A stretch of 63,904 nucleotides of DNA, filler included, from Reclinomonas americana ATCC 50394 (lineage: Eukaryota), in the NCBI GenBank assembly GCA_048213135.1. It is 14 parts of 14 records of this genome, joined end to end, with 100 filler letters (N's around TTAATTAATTAA, not from the genome) between each part and the next. Parts side by side here need not be neighbours in the genome. Positions count along the whole stretch, not along the records: positions 6,096 to 16,449 come from AFZH01023296.1; positions 16,550 to 35,041 come from AFZH01023297.1; 12 more parts are not named here. The stretch is one strand, 5' to 3'. Position 1 is the stretch's first letter. Each line of letters begins with the position of its first letter. The notes under the pieces are model-generated. The model saw only the letters and a list, made by a program, of their open reading frames with translations, was not told the origin of the DNA and did no database searches. Positions 10,701 to 22,400 of the stretch are shown here, piece by piece. The translations under genes and the position numbers were made by a program.

Positions 10701-13700
10701 ACACGCGCGCATGCAGTGCAAAATCTCGGGCGCCGACTGAGCACCACCGATGATGTTGTGACTGCTTCATCAGAGACCCTCACGGAATCGACAATGTCGA
10801 TGGAGAGCGATGGCGTGCCGCAAGGTGTGCATCACTTGGCAATTGTTGAGATCAACGACAACCTTCCTTACCATTGTCGCACGCAGCCGAACAGTGGACC
10901 ACAACCCGCCTGAATGACACTGGCCCACGTCCGCCGAAAGCAGCGCAGCCGGCTCGCCGAAAGCAATCCGTCGCAGCTGGGCCGGGTGATCGACGCAACA
11001 CGGTTATCGGCATTGATCGCAAGCAGTCGGTTGCCGCCTTCCGCAGACAGTCGGTGGTCGGTAGTCTCTACAACGTGAGTTGTCACGAGCAGTGTGGTCT
11101 TTGTCTGCTAGCCACGTTGACTCACTCTAGTCTATTGTTTGCCCACCAGGTCACGGAGCATGTTGCTCGCCATAGTGAGTCATCCAGAAACAAGCTTCGT
11201 GTTGAGTCGACGCGCTAATCCTTACCGCACAGTTGATCCGGTGGACACCGACAGTGACTCGGAGGCATCCAGTGGGCACGGATCAAGTACTGGACAGAGG
11301 TTTTGTGTTTCCAATCTCACCATGCGTGCATTCGCCCTCGACTCAGTTCTTCTCGAACACAGCTCGCGCCCCTCTGGCTCCCGAGTGAGTATGGACACTG
11401 ATTTCTCGACACTCTCCTCCTTCCGGCACACCATTGCACGCGAAAAAGTGAGCGTCAACACAAGAAGTGCATGCAACCAAGGGTGTCATCATCTGACCTC
11501 TTGCGCTAGAATCCAACCATGGACCGTGCCATGTGGGCACTGTTCCTCACGGGTCTCGTCTTCTTTGTGGTGCTTGCCTTTGCCGGCGCCACATCAAAGA
11601 CAACCATGAAGGAGACATACCATCGCCACGAGGTGTATGAAGTCGTTTCCGATGCTGGGTGCGTACATGTCTTCTCACTGAACAGCCTCTGCCTGTCCTT
11701 CATCTCTACTAACTTGCTCGCATGCAGTGTTTACGGCACCCTGGCCAGCATTGCCGCTCTCCAGATGCACTACTATGCGAAGACGAAGATGCCTTCGATT
11801 TCAGAAGAAAAAGTGGAAGAACTGCGAGACTATATTCACGAAAACTGCACGACTATTCGAGAGTCGCTGGATGTGCTGAACACGTTGACGTTGCGTCTGT
11901 TAAAAAAATGTGTGTGCGTGCGTCATCCTGTTGCTCACCACCGCGTCTGGTGAGAACAGCGAGCAATACGACAACGAATTCATCTTTGCCAACGTCTTCA
12001 CTCTGTTGTTCAACTCGAAGACTACCTACGCAGGACGAAAGCTGCAGATGCACTTTGACACGGTGACAAAACACTTCGACGACATGATGGTTTGCTCCAC
12101 TCTCCAACTGCCCCAGCACTGTTGCTGTGACCTTATCTTGCTTTGCGTGCGTGTGCAACAGTTGTACGCACAACAGTCGTACCAAAACGCCGGCACACCG
12201 TCGCTGCAGATGCCTGCATTTGCGGAGGGTGTCAGCAATGCCATTGCGTCCAAGGAAGCGTGGTACGAGATTGCAGACGAGCTGGTGGATCACATTGTCG
12301 TCCATGGACTGGAGATGAAGACGACGCTGTGGGTGCAGATGGGAATTGTGGCCAGGTGCGTTGCTCGCTGCCTTGCCTTTTTGCGTAAGCCTTTCTGGAA
12401 TTGTGCCCATTGGCGCCTCGCTTCAGTGTGATCGGTGCTGTGGTATTTGGACTGTTTCTGCCGGCGGTGGTGATGGTGCGCAAGAAGCTCAACGAGGGAC
12501 TGGCCACATGTCGCCTGGTGCCGAAGAAGGAGGCAGCACAAATGCGACAACAAGTGCAGGCTCAGTACCTGAACTATCTGGACCTGTCGGACAAGGCCCG
12601 CAATGTTGAGTCGCCACGAGCAGCACTGTGTTTCTGGCAGGCGCTCATTGTGTAATTTGTTATACAGGGAGTGCATCCGTCGACCGTGGTCAAGTCCAAG
12701 TTCCTGCCCACGCAGTGCGTTCGGGCGGACATGCAGTTCCTGCACAGCCTGACCTTCCGCAGTGTGGTGGTGCTGTTGGTGGTCATTGCCACCATCATGA
12801 CGATGAAGTTGCGTGAGATACATGAAGAAGTGATCGTGTGAGTACCGTGTTGCTCACATAGAGTGTTTTATGTATGCCAGCTGGACGAATACGGAAATCG
12901 CCGCCACCACATCGCATGCCATGCACGTTGTGGATTTGCTGATGCAGCGGACAGCCGACATTGACACGATGACATTGGCGGTGTGGCAGCACACCACGCC
13001 AGACGGATTGCTGTCACCGGACGACACGCTGGCGAGATTAGCAGATCAAGTGAGCAAAGCAGAAAAGTCATCGGTGGCCGCACTGGCAGTGGCCGACCAG
13101 GGTGGGCTGGATCCGGCCGCCGACGACCTTGAGCACGCCATGTTATACAGTGAGCGATGCCGGCCGGAGGACCGTGCTACCATCACGGACCCCCGATGGC
13201 GAGTGGACCTCGATTGCCTCCCGATGATTTCATTGGTTTGTACACGTGCAGAGATGCATGAGTATGCTGCGCAGCTCACTAACAGGCCTCTTCCTTTCAA
13301 CACAGATTAACAAGGTAATCGCAGGGGCGCGAGACATTGTCAACGCCGGAACCCGTGTCGGCCCGACCGAGGTGGATCTACGCGACATGATTTTCGCCGC
13401 GCATGGCCTGCTGCACACGTACTTAATCGAGAGCTGTGAAGTGAGTAGCCCAGCGGCGCGTGTCATTGTCATTTGCGGTCGCGCTAACTGCGCTCTGCAG
13501 TTGTTCAAGACCTCGTACGAGCACTACATTTTCCCGCTGCTGGTTCTCGGACAAGCAATGTTGGGTCTGGGAGTTGGTGTGGCAGCGATTGGGTTCTTCT
13601 ACTTGCTGGCGCCGTTGTTGCGCGTGTGCGACCAGGAGCTGCGGTACTTCAAGAAGTTCGTGGCCGGTCTGCCTTCGGGCGCCATCAACTCGGTGCCAGA

Positions 13701-16700
13701 GTTGCAAAAGGCTCTTCTTCCTCGTTGCGTGACGGCTGGATGCCTGGTGATGCTTCGCGAAAACGAGGAATACTCAACCTGTAAGTTCGTGTCGTGTGGT
13801 GGTCGCTCGCAGACTCACTGCTGGTGTCGATTCAACTCAATCAAGAGCTCAACGAGAGCGAATACATGTTCCGCGGCTTGACGTCGTGTTGCGTAACTTT
13901 CTGGATTCACTCTGTGTCTGCATGCCTGTCTTACATTGTGACTGTGTGATAACAGTGTTTGGACTTGTCCTTACTTCAGAGGCGGTAAGGAATGCACCCA
14001 AGAACCTCATTGCAAGCAGCAAACTCACGCTGCATGTTGCAGCTTATTGTCGAGTCTGTCAACAAGTCTTTCACGCGGATGCTCGGATATCCAGCCGACG
14101 CAATTGTGGGCTCGCACATCAAGGTGAATCACTGTGAATGTGGTGTGTGGCAGCACCCACTTGAATATTCATGCATATTTGCAGGCCATCATTCCACCAA
14201 ACATGCACGCCTCACACGATGCACATGTTGCTCGACACATGAGCCAATCGGGAATGGCCGGTGCCCGAATTCTGCGCGTGGACAGACCGACAATGGTTCG
14301 TGATTATGCTTGCACTTCTGCCTCTTGCTGCCGAGCTAGTCAGGATGACAATCGTCCCTCCAGGCCCGTCATCAAAACGGCAGTGACATTCATGTTCGCG
14401 TCATCGTCATCGAAGTCATGGTGAACGGTCGCCGTCTGTTCGCTGCCATGCTGCACGATATCAAGGATAAAAAACTCAAGGCCGAAACAGTTCATCGAGC
14501 GCAAGCAAAGGTAGTTTGTTGCTGTGTGCACCCTGCGATGTAATCGTCACTCAGCGCTGACATTCTTCTTTTAAACCCAGGTAACCTCCATGTTGTCCAC
14601 CATGCCACAAGCCACCATCATCAGCGACGCCACCGGCATGATCCACAACGTCAACGGAGCCGCTGTTGATCTGTTCGGATACGGCAAGCCCAGCGATCTT
14701 ACCGGTCATCACATCCGCATGCTGATGCCGGCGCCACACGCGGAGCGACACGATTCGTGCGTGATCCAATCTCAATCTCAAAGGCTGTTGACCGCTGCTC
14801 ACAACTCGTGTGTGTGTGACATTGCACGATCAGATACATCTCCTCGTACATTACGCGGCACCCACACAGTGCGGACATGAAGCACGGAGAGACCAAGTTG
14901 CGGCGGCCGTCCACACAATTCCCCATCATCTGCCTTTTCAGGGAACTCACACTCACACACACACGCGCAGATTCCGCGACGTGCAGGGACTGCGCAAGAA
15001 TGGCACCGTGATTCCGCTCCGTTACCACACTGTGGATGTGACAGTGAACAGCCAGCGGTACTTTCTGGCAGTGCTGCACGACAATGTCAGCGAGGCACAA
15101 GTCCGAGCCGGCTACGAAGAGCGCATTGACCGACTCAGTGGCATGCTGTCGACCTCCAATGATGCAGTTGCGCTCATGTGTCGGTCCGCTGAGAGTGCAT
15201 TCACTTCGCATCGCTCACCTGCACGTGTGCGTGTGCAGATCTTGTGGGCCGACCAGAATGGCATGATTCATTGGTGCAATGCATCCGTGTCGCGCCTGCT
15301 CGGCTACTCGACCGAAGAACTCACTGGTACATGCTCGCCAGCTGTGCTCGATGCCTTGGGTTGATTTTTGAGACTCACATTTTCGTTGGGGAACACAGCC
15401 AATCGACAAGCGTCAGTGTACGACGTGTTGCGGCCACTGAGCACGGTCGAGTTGCAGAGTGGAGCAATCATGGAGGCGGAGCTGTTCCGGAAAGATGGAC
15501 AACAGTTGCGTCATTGCGTGGAGATGGAATGCCGGCATGTCATGACAAGAGTGTGCGTTTTCAGAGTGCGGCTGGTGGTGCGCGGTATGCACACGGTGGA
15601 AGCCGGTGAGGTGCACACGATTGTGCGTGTGTCAGAGCCGAATGCGCAGCTGGTGCACATACACAAGCAGGAGCAACACAATGACCGATTGCAGGAGGTT
15701 TGTTCATCTGCCTCTTTGTGCGGTATTCGCGCGAACTCACACGGGCTGCTGTTACACAGCTGTTGCGCATGTCGTTCCCAGCGGCAGCACTGGACAAGAT
15801 CACGGCGTTGTCGAAGGACGAGGCGCAAGCGATGTTGAGGACGGTGAGCTGTTGAGTTTCGTGTTTCCTGTGAATTCACGCGCTCACTGGAGAAGCAGGA
15901 TATCGACGAGTCGCGATCACCGATGTGCACAATGTTCGAGTATCACGAGGAGGCGACGTGCATCTTCATCAAGATGGTGTCGGTGCAGCGGGTGGTGCCC
16001 GAGAGTGGTGCGTGTCTGCTTGGCGATGCGCGAAGTTCACAGCTGGCTGAATGCGGATGTGTTTTTCTTTGCAGGCGAAGTCGTGGCCGTGCCGCTGGTC
16101 GACAAGATCTGTGTGTTGCACGAGTTGTTCACGGCATTCGACGCACTGGTGCGACGACACAATGTGGAGCGCGTGAAAACGATTGGTGAGTGCGGGCGAC
16201 TGATGTTTGGGCATTGTTGTAAGCATCACCCTCATTGACAACGCGATCATGTGTGCAGGATCGGCGTACCTGGCGGTCTCTGGCATGTATGTGCCACGAC
16301 ACGATCACGCCACGGCAATCGTCGAGTTTGCGCTGGATTGCCGGCAGACGATTCTGCGATTGAGTCGCGAGGTGAGTCGAGATGGAGAAGACGTGAGAAT
16401 TCGCATGGTGTGGTGTGCTCATGTGATACGCTTCTCTCGTTGCTTCAGCNNNNNNNNNNNNNNNNNNNNNNNNNNNNNNNNNNNNNNNNNNNNTTAATTA
16501 ATTAANNNNNNNNNNNNNNNNNNNNNNNNNNNNNNNNNNNNNNNNNNNNATGGACTGCAAATCAAGTTCCGCACTGGCATCAACACGGGGCCGGTGACCT
16601 CGGGAATTGTGGCGGGCCTCATTCGGACGTTTGATTTGTATGGAGGTGCGTGGCGGTGGATCGAGCCCACCCTGTGCTCCAGCTTTGCTCATCTCCTGCG

Positions 16701-17015
16701 CAGACTCGGTGAATGTGGCATCGCGAATGGAGAGCTCGGCGCCGTTTGGTCGCGTCCAGCTGAGTGAGGTGAGGAAGAGGAGGGAGAGGGAGACGCACAT
16801 CGATGCACCTGTGTTGATGTCGGGGTGATTCTGAACGTCGTCGTGGGCAGTCTACAAACCGCAAAACGCGCGGCTTGTTTGAACTGGAGACGACCAGCGT
16901 GGAGAGTTGCGTGCGATTCCCGTCGACAGCTGTGTTGTATCTCACTCACGATACGTGTTGCACAGTCAAGGGAATTGGATATGTGACGACGTTCCTGGTG
17001 GTGCCGCAGGAGTAG
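7776..17015 (+). CDS. Eukaryotic multi-exon gene (about 40 introns): TmcB-like multipass membrane protein with 3 PAS domains and a C-terminal class III nucleotidyl cyclase domain; spans the spacer at 16450-16549
   Basis: Hydrophobic TM exons; PAS motifs VNKSFTRMLGY, VNGAAVDLFGY, WCNASVSRLLGYSTEEL; cyclase motifs VKTIGSAYLAVSG, FRTGINTGPV, FDLYGDSVNVASRMES, IKGIG; GT-AG introns of about 55-120 nt restore the frame; stop TAG 17013-17015. Confidence 0.85.
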
Positions 17016-17172
17016 TAATGTTACCGTAGTAGAACAGCTGCTTGTGACGTAATAATGCACATGCAGCGAGCGGTGTGTTTGGTAGAAAAAGGAAAAAGAA
17101 TGTGCACAAATATTAATATAAGATGAGCGTCGCAGCAGGGGTGTCCTCCTCGTCCCCACTTTCCACTCGTGA

Positions 17173-18906
17173 ATGGCGCGAGGCGCCCCGGTGCTCCTGC
17201 CCCTGCTGCTGCTGCTTCTGCTTTTGTTAGTGTGCATAAGCAGCACACAAGCACGGCAACAGCAGCGACGGCAACAGAAGGAAGCTGCTGCTGCGCCACC
17301 GAGTGCAGAGGACAGTGAGGAGTTGGCCGACGAGGGGGAGGAAGGCGACGCAGAGACTGGCGAGTACGATGATGATGCAGACGCGAGTGCAGAAGAGGAG
17401 TCGCCTTCACGGAGGCGAGGCGCGCGACCAGCAAAGACAGTGACGAAAGCGACGCGTGCCACGCGTCACGAGAAGAAGGCAGCGGGCAAGGCGAAGAAGA
17501 GTGGGAGCAAGAAGGTATCTCCTCCTCCTCCTCCCCCACCACGTGCGCCACGCAAGACAAGGCCAGCGGAGAGCGCAGAGGACGAGGAGAGGAAACCAAG
17601 TGCCTCTTCTTCTTCCGCTTCTTCTTCCGCGTTGCCAGTGTGGATGCGACCGGCTGAGCCGCTGCATTTGCCCGACACACACAAGCTGCCGTCGAAGCGC
17701 ACAGTGGCAGAGGTGACGTGAACGCTCTCCCCATCGTCACCTCTCCTCTCCTCTCACATGCGTTTCGCAGAATCGGGAGCACATCAAGTATCTGTGTTCC
17801 AAGTTCCTGGCGGGACCGCGGCCGGTGGCCGGCTATCAGCTGTGGGAGAGCGGGTTCTCTGAGTTTGGGCAGGACCGCTACGTGAGTGATCTGTATGGCC
17901 GTTCGCGCGAGGGCACGAACCACTCGGTGGTGCGGTCGCGACTGTTTGAGCACCTGCGACCGGAGATGCAGGAGCGCTTGCGTGGAACGGGTGCGAAGCG
18001 CGTGAAGCGTCGCTTTGCAGGCTTCTTCCTCGATGTTGCGGGTCGATTCGGGACGCCATGGCCCTCTTCCGATTGTTGCTGACTTTTCTAAATGCAGGTT
18101 GGTGCTGGCGACGGAGAGATGAACTCGAACACGTGGCTCCTCGAGCACTGCCTCGGCTGGACGGGACTTGCGCTGGAGCCGGTGGCGTCCAAGTTCTCGG
18201 CGCTGCGTCAGTGGCGCCCTCACTCGGTGCACTATCAGGCGGCGGCCTCGAACCGAGCCGAGGCCGAGTGCAAGTACAGTTGCGCCGTGTGTGTCGCTCT
18301 CGTGCTCGTGCTCGTCTGTGCATCTTACCCCCTCGGACACGCAGTTGAGAACGCACCGATGCGCTTCTCTGGGTTGCTGGATGTGGCGCCCAAGGGAGTC
18401 GACCGCACGCCCACGAGTGCTTTCACGGTCCCGTGTGTGCGGCTCGATGATTTGCTGGACTATCACGGCATACATCAGGTGGACTACCTCAGCGTCTATG
18501 CCGGTGAGAGAGAAGAAGGGGGCAGGGATGGGGAGAAGGAGAGGGAGACGGGGAAGGAGAAAGGAGAGAAGAGATAAGAGAGGGGGGAAGAGCGGAGAGA
18601 GAGGGAGAGGGGCAAAGGAGAGAGAGCGGGTGAAGAGGGAGAGGGAAAGGCGGAGAGAGTCAAAGAGCCTGAACAGGGAGAAGAGGTCCGCGATACTCAC
18701 TTGCATGACACACAGAGGGCGGGGAACTGGAAGTACTTCAAGGTCTCGATTTCGCCAAGAACCACGTGGAGGTCATCTCGCTGCGACAGCACGCGCGCCA
18801 CACCGACATTGACACGCTGTTGCGCCAGCACAATTACACCTTCGTCACCAAGGTCGGCGACGAAATGTTTTACGTACACAATGACTTTGAGCAGGAGGGC
18901 GAGTGA
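17173..18906 (+). CDS. Eukaryotic FkbM-family methyltransferase-domain protein with signal peptide/anchor and acidic/Lys/Pro-rich linker (multi-exon)
   Basis: Spliced FFLD|VGAGDGEMNSNTWLLEHCLGWTGLALEP and VDYLSVYAEGGELEVLQGLDF; Leu-rich N-terminus; stop TGA 18904-18906. Confidence 0.8.
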
Positions 18907-19420
18907 ACGCGAACAAGATGTAGGAGGCAGATTGCCGATCAAGATCGCTGCTTTACGGGACAGGGATATCACAACTGCAGCGACGACGGCCAGCACAATC
19001 ACAAGTCTGAAGGTCGCAGAGTTGTTGCTTTCCGAGAGGGCAGAGGATCACTTGGTGTGCATCGTACAACGTCGCGCGGCGAACAACAACAACAACAATT
19101 CATTCACCAACAAACAAGCAACAGCTGTCTTGATGACCAAGTTCAACCGTATAAAACATCATCACAAACACCAGTCTTGAGGCCTAGGCCAGCAGGATAC
19201 ATGTGTGTGCGCCGAATACCGACTTGCCGAATTCGATGTCCCGGATCCTCATTGGTAGCAAGCGCAACTGGTGCCTGTTGCAATGAGAGGAAACAGAACA
19301 GCCTACTGACAGGAGCACCAAAGACCAAAGTGTCCGATTTGGCGGGAAGCGTGAATGACTGTCTCCACGTGCTCGCGGGTTGTTGAGAGTGTCTGTCGCG
19401 GTCACGACGACGCGCTCACT

Positions 19421-22400
19421 ATGTTTCGTCACGATGACTACGGTGACGACGAGTCCGCGTTTATGGGTGGAGTGGTGATTGAGCAGGCACCCTCATTATC
19501 GTCGACTATGCGTGTGCGACGCGCTGACTTTGACGACGACGACGATGATGATGATGAGCAAGGTCACATTGTTGAAGACGATGGTGATAGTGATGATGAG
19601 GAGGAGGAGGAGAGAGAAGAGGGTCGCCGAGCGATGTTCGATGGCTTGTCGTTGACATCGAGTGTGTCGTTGGACTATCAAAAGGTTCTTTCCACTCACT
19701 CGCGCTCACTCACTTCCTTCACTCGCTTGCTCACGTGCTCGTTTGTGTGTGTGTGCGTGCGTGCTCCACGTTGGCAGGAGTTTGAAGAGGGCATTGCTGA
19801 GCAGCTGCGCGGTGTGTTGAAGGCGGTGGATAATCAGTTGTATGCGGGTGCGGTGGTGTTTGATTCTATTCCTCCATGAGATCAAGCGCTCATCTCTCTC
19901 TCTCCTTGTGTGTGTGTGTGTGTGTTTCCACGCGCGCAGATGGCACCTCATTGTCGTCGTCGTCGTCGTCGGCATCGCGAGCTGTCGACAATCGCATCAC
20001 GTTCTGCTCGTTGGACGACATTGTGCAGTACTGTGAGCCGTGGAGGGAGGCCTATGCGTACTTTCGGTGCGCGCGCGCGCGCTTCTGTGGCGTTGGTGTC
20101 TCCTTTTCTCCATCGTATTCACCCATGCCATTGTTGTAGCGTTCGTGGCGTGGCACCTCCGTCGGTTGCAGCCTCTGCGCCGCCGGCGGTCGTCGCTCGT
20201 CCTTCGATCGGTGGTGACACGTCGTTTGGCTCGATGGGTCGCACGCCGGCGCCATCGATGCTGCCACCGCACGCGTCGCGACAGCTGAGCGTTGGCGATC
20301 TGGAGGCCTTGGCAGTGGCCGGTAGCGGTGTTCGTGCTGTCACCACGCCCGTCTCGTTGCTGTCGTTGCGTCTCCACGTTGTTGTCATCATTGTTCTTCT
20401 GTCCGCCGCTCACTCCTCGCGCACACAGCGAGGACGATTGTGCGCCTGGCGTGGAGGAGATTATCGAGTCGCACGGCTACTACGAGGAGTGGTTTGCTCG
20501 CGACAGTGCCCTCGATGACATTGATGAGTCGTGGCTGCTGCCGTCGACCCAACACTCGCTGCATCCACGTAGCGCCCGTGCGCATACTCTCTCGGGCCCA
20601 TCCTCGCGCGCCCCGAGTCGCACCGCACGCCAGGCACCTTCGTCCAACATCTCCGCCGCTGCGACGAATGCCACCGCGACAGCGACGGCAGCTGCATCGT
20701 CGCATGCACGGCGAGACGCGGCCAATGTGCGCGCGCGCTTTCTACATCAGCATTTCCACGCTCGGTACGGGTTTCCGCTACTCGAGCACCTGTCGGCGTC
20801 AGTGGGAGCGAACAGCGGCGAAGGCGCGGGCAACAGCCACGCCCCGAGTAGTGGAGTCGGACCACCGTCGTCCAGGGGTCGCACTTCGTCTTCTTCTGTC
20901 GCTCGTCATGCGTCCTCCCGGGTGCCACCCTCGCCGACCAGCCGCAGCACGACAGGACGGCGGAGTCAAGGTGCTCAGTATGCGTCGTCGCTTGCGCCGT
21001 CGCGCAGTCGACCGGTGGGACCAGTGCTGGCGTGGGATTTGCCGTCGGTGTTGCTTGCCGCGTCAACAGCTTCATCATCTTCATCATCTTCATCATCAAC
21101 TACAACAACAACAATTGCAAATGACAGTGCCAGTCGATCAGTGGCCGCTAGTTCGGCCACCTCCACAGTCCCTTGGCACTGTGATCCGCACAATCGCTAC
21201 GGCGTGGTGGCTGTGGCCACTCGATCCACTCGCAGCGGGATGATTAGCTCCACGCGTCGAGTATCGGCATCGGTGTCGATGTTGCGGCGGTCGGCCAAGC
21301 GCAATGAGGCAGCGGAGAGTGCAGGACTTGGCGGCGGCGGCGGTGGCTTTGTGCGGTCGTCTCGCATGTCGATGCGTTCAAGTGCAAGTGGTGTCGGTAC
21401 TGTGGCGGTTGTGTTTCTCGAACTGCGTTCGTGTGCTTCGCGTGTGTTCATGTGCGTCTCGGTCTGTGCAGGCTTGACTGCTGGCTCTCGCCTCGTTTCA
21501 GCGGTGCGTTTGCCCTCGCATGACTTGACTTCAGCTTCTTTCATCTCACCTCAGCTCTTTCTCGGCGCACAGCAACAACCGCCATGGGAGGCATCTGCTC
21601 TGGCCGACCCGGCAGTGCACGAACGGAATCGCCGGCGTCGTGGACTGCCTCCCCTCAATCCGCAGGCCGCCGTCAAGGTGTGACGACAGTTCCGTGTTTT
21701 TGCTACTCGGTAATTACTTAAACCCAATATCGATGCGCAGGAGGCCATCCAGTGGGATCTCTTGCGTGGAGTGTGGCAAGTGGTTGCGCACACGCTGGCA
21801 CCACTGGTTGAAGCTTCGCTCATTCCCAACGCACCCGAAATCGTGGATGGTGAGTACTGACGATGCTCAATTCGCTGGCCACGTGTATGTCGCTGACAGC
21901 GCTGCTCCCAACCACACAGCTCATACGCTGTCGGCGTCACCTCTCGGTCCCAAGTGCGTACTCTTAAAAACCCACGCCAACGCTTCTTGCATCCTCGCGC
22001 TCACCGCAGCCATTCTTTCTGGTGCCACAGTGCCCTCGTGTCAGTGCCCGGTGCCTCAGATAACTCGCCTGCACTTTCAGTACCTCACGGCCGCGCAGGC
22101 CGGGGAGCGACGGGTCCGTACGGCTCCACAGTTTCGGTGGTTGGTGTCGGCGCTCAGCGGCAAGCAGCAAGCGCTGCTCCCGTGGCTGCCGCCGCACGCT
22201 CGGCCAAGCAGATTGTTCTTTCGCCACAGTTGTGTGTGTGTCGCACGCACGCCCACCATGCTTTTTTTCCCGTGCCTTACTCTCTTTCTTAGATTGGTGG
22301 ATGTGGACTCGACGACGCATGTGCGATTGCGCGGAGAACAGCGTGCGGCAGGTGGAGGTGCTGGCGACTGGTCGCGGCCGCACGCCTCTCAAGCGCCGTC

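Noticed and set aside
17021..18706. 561-aa minus-strand ORF
   Set aside because: Antisense to the FkbM gene and runs through low-complexity intron sequence
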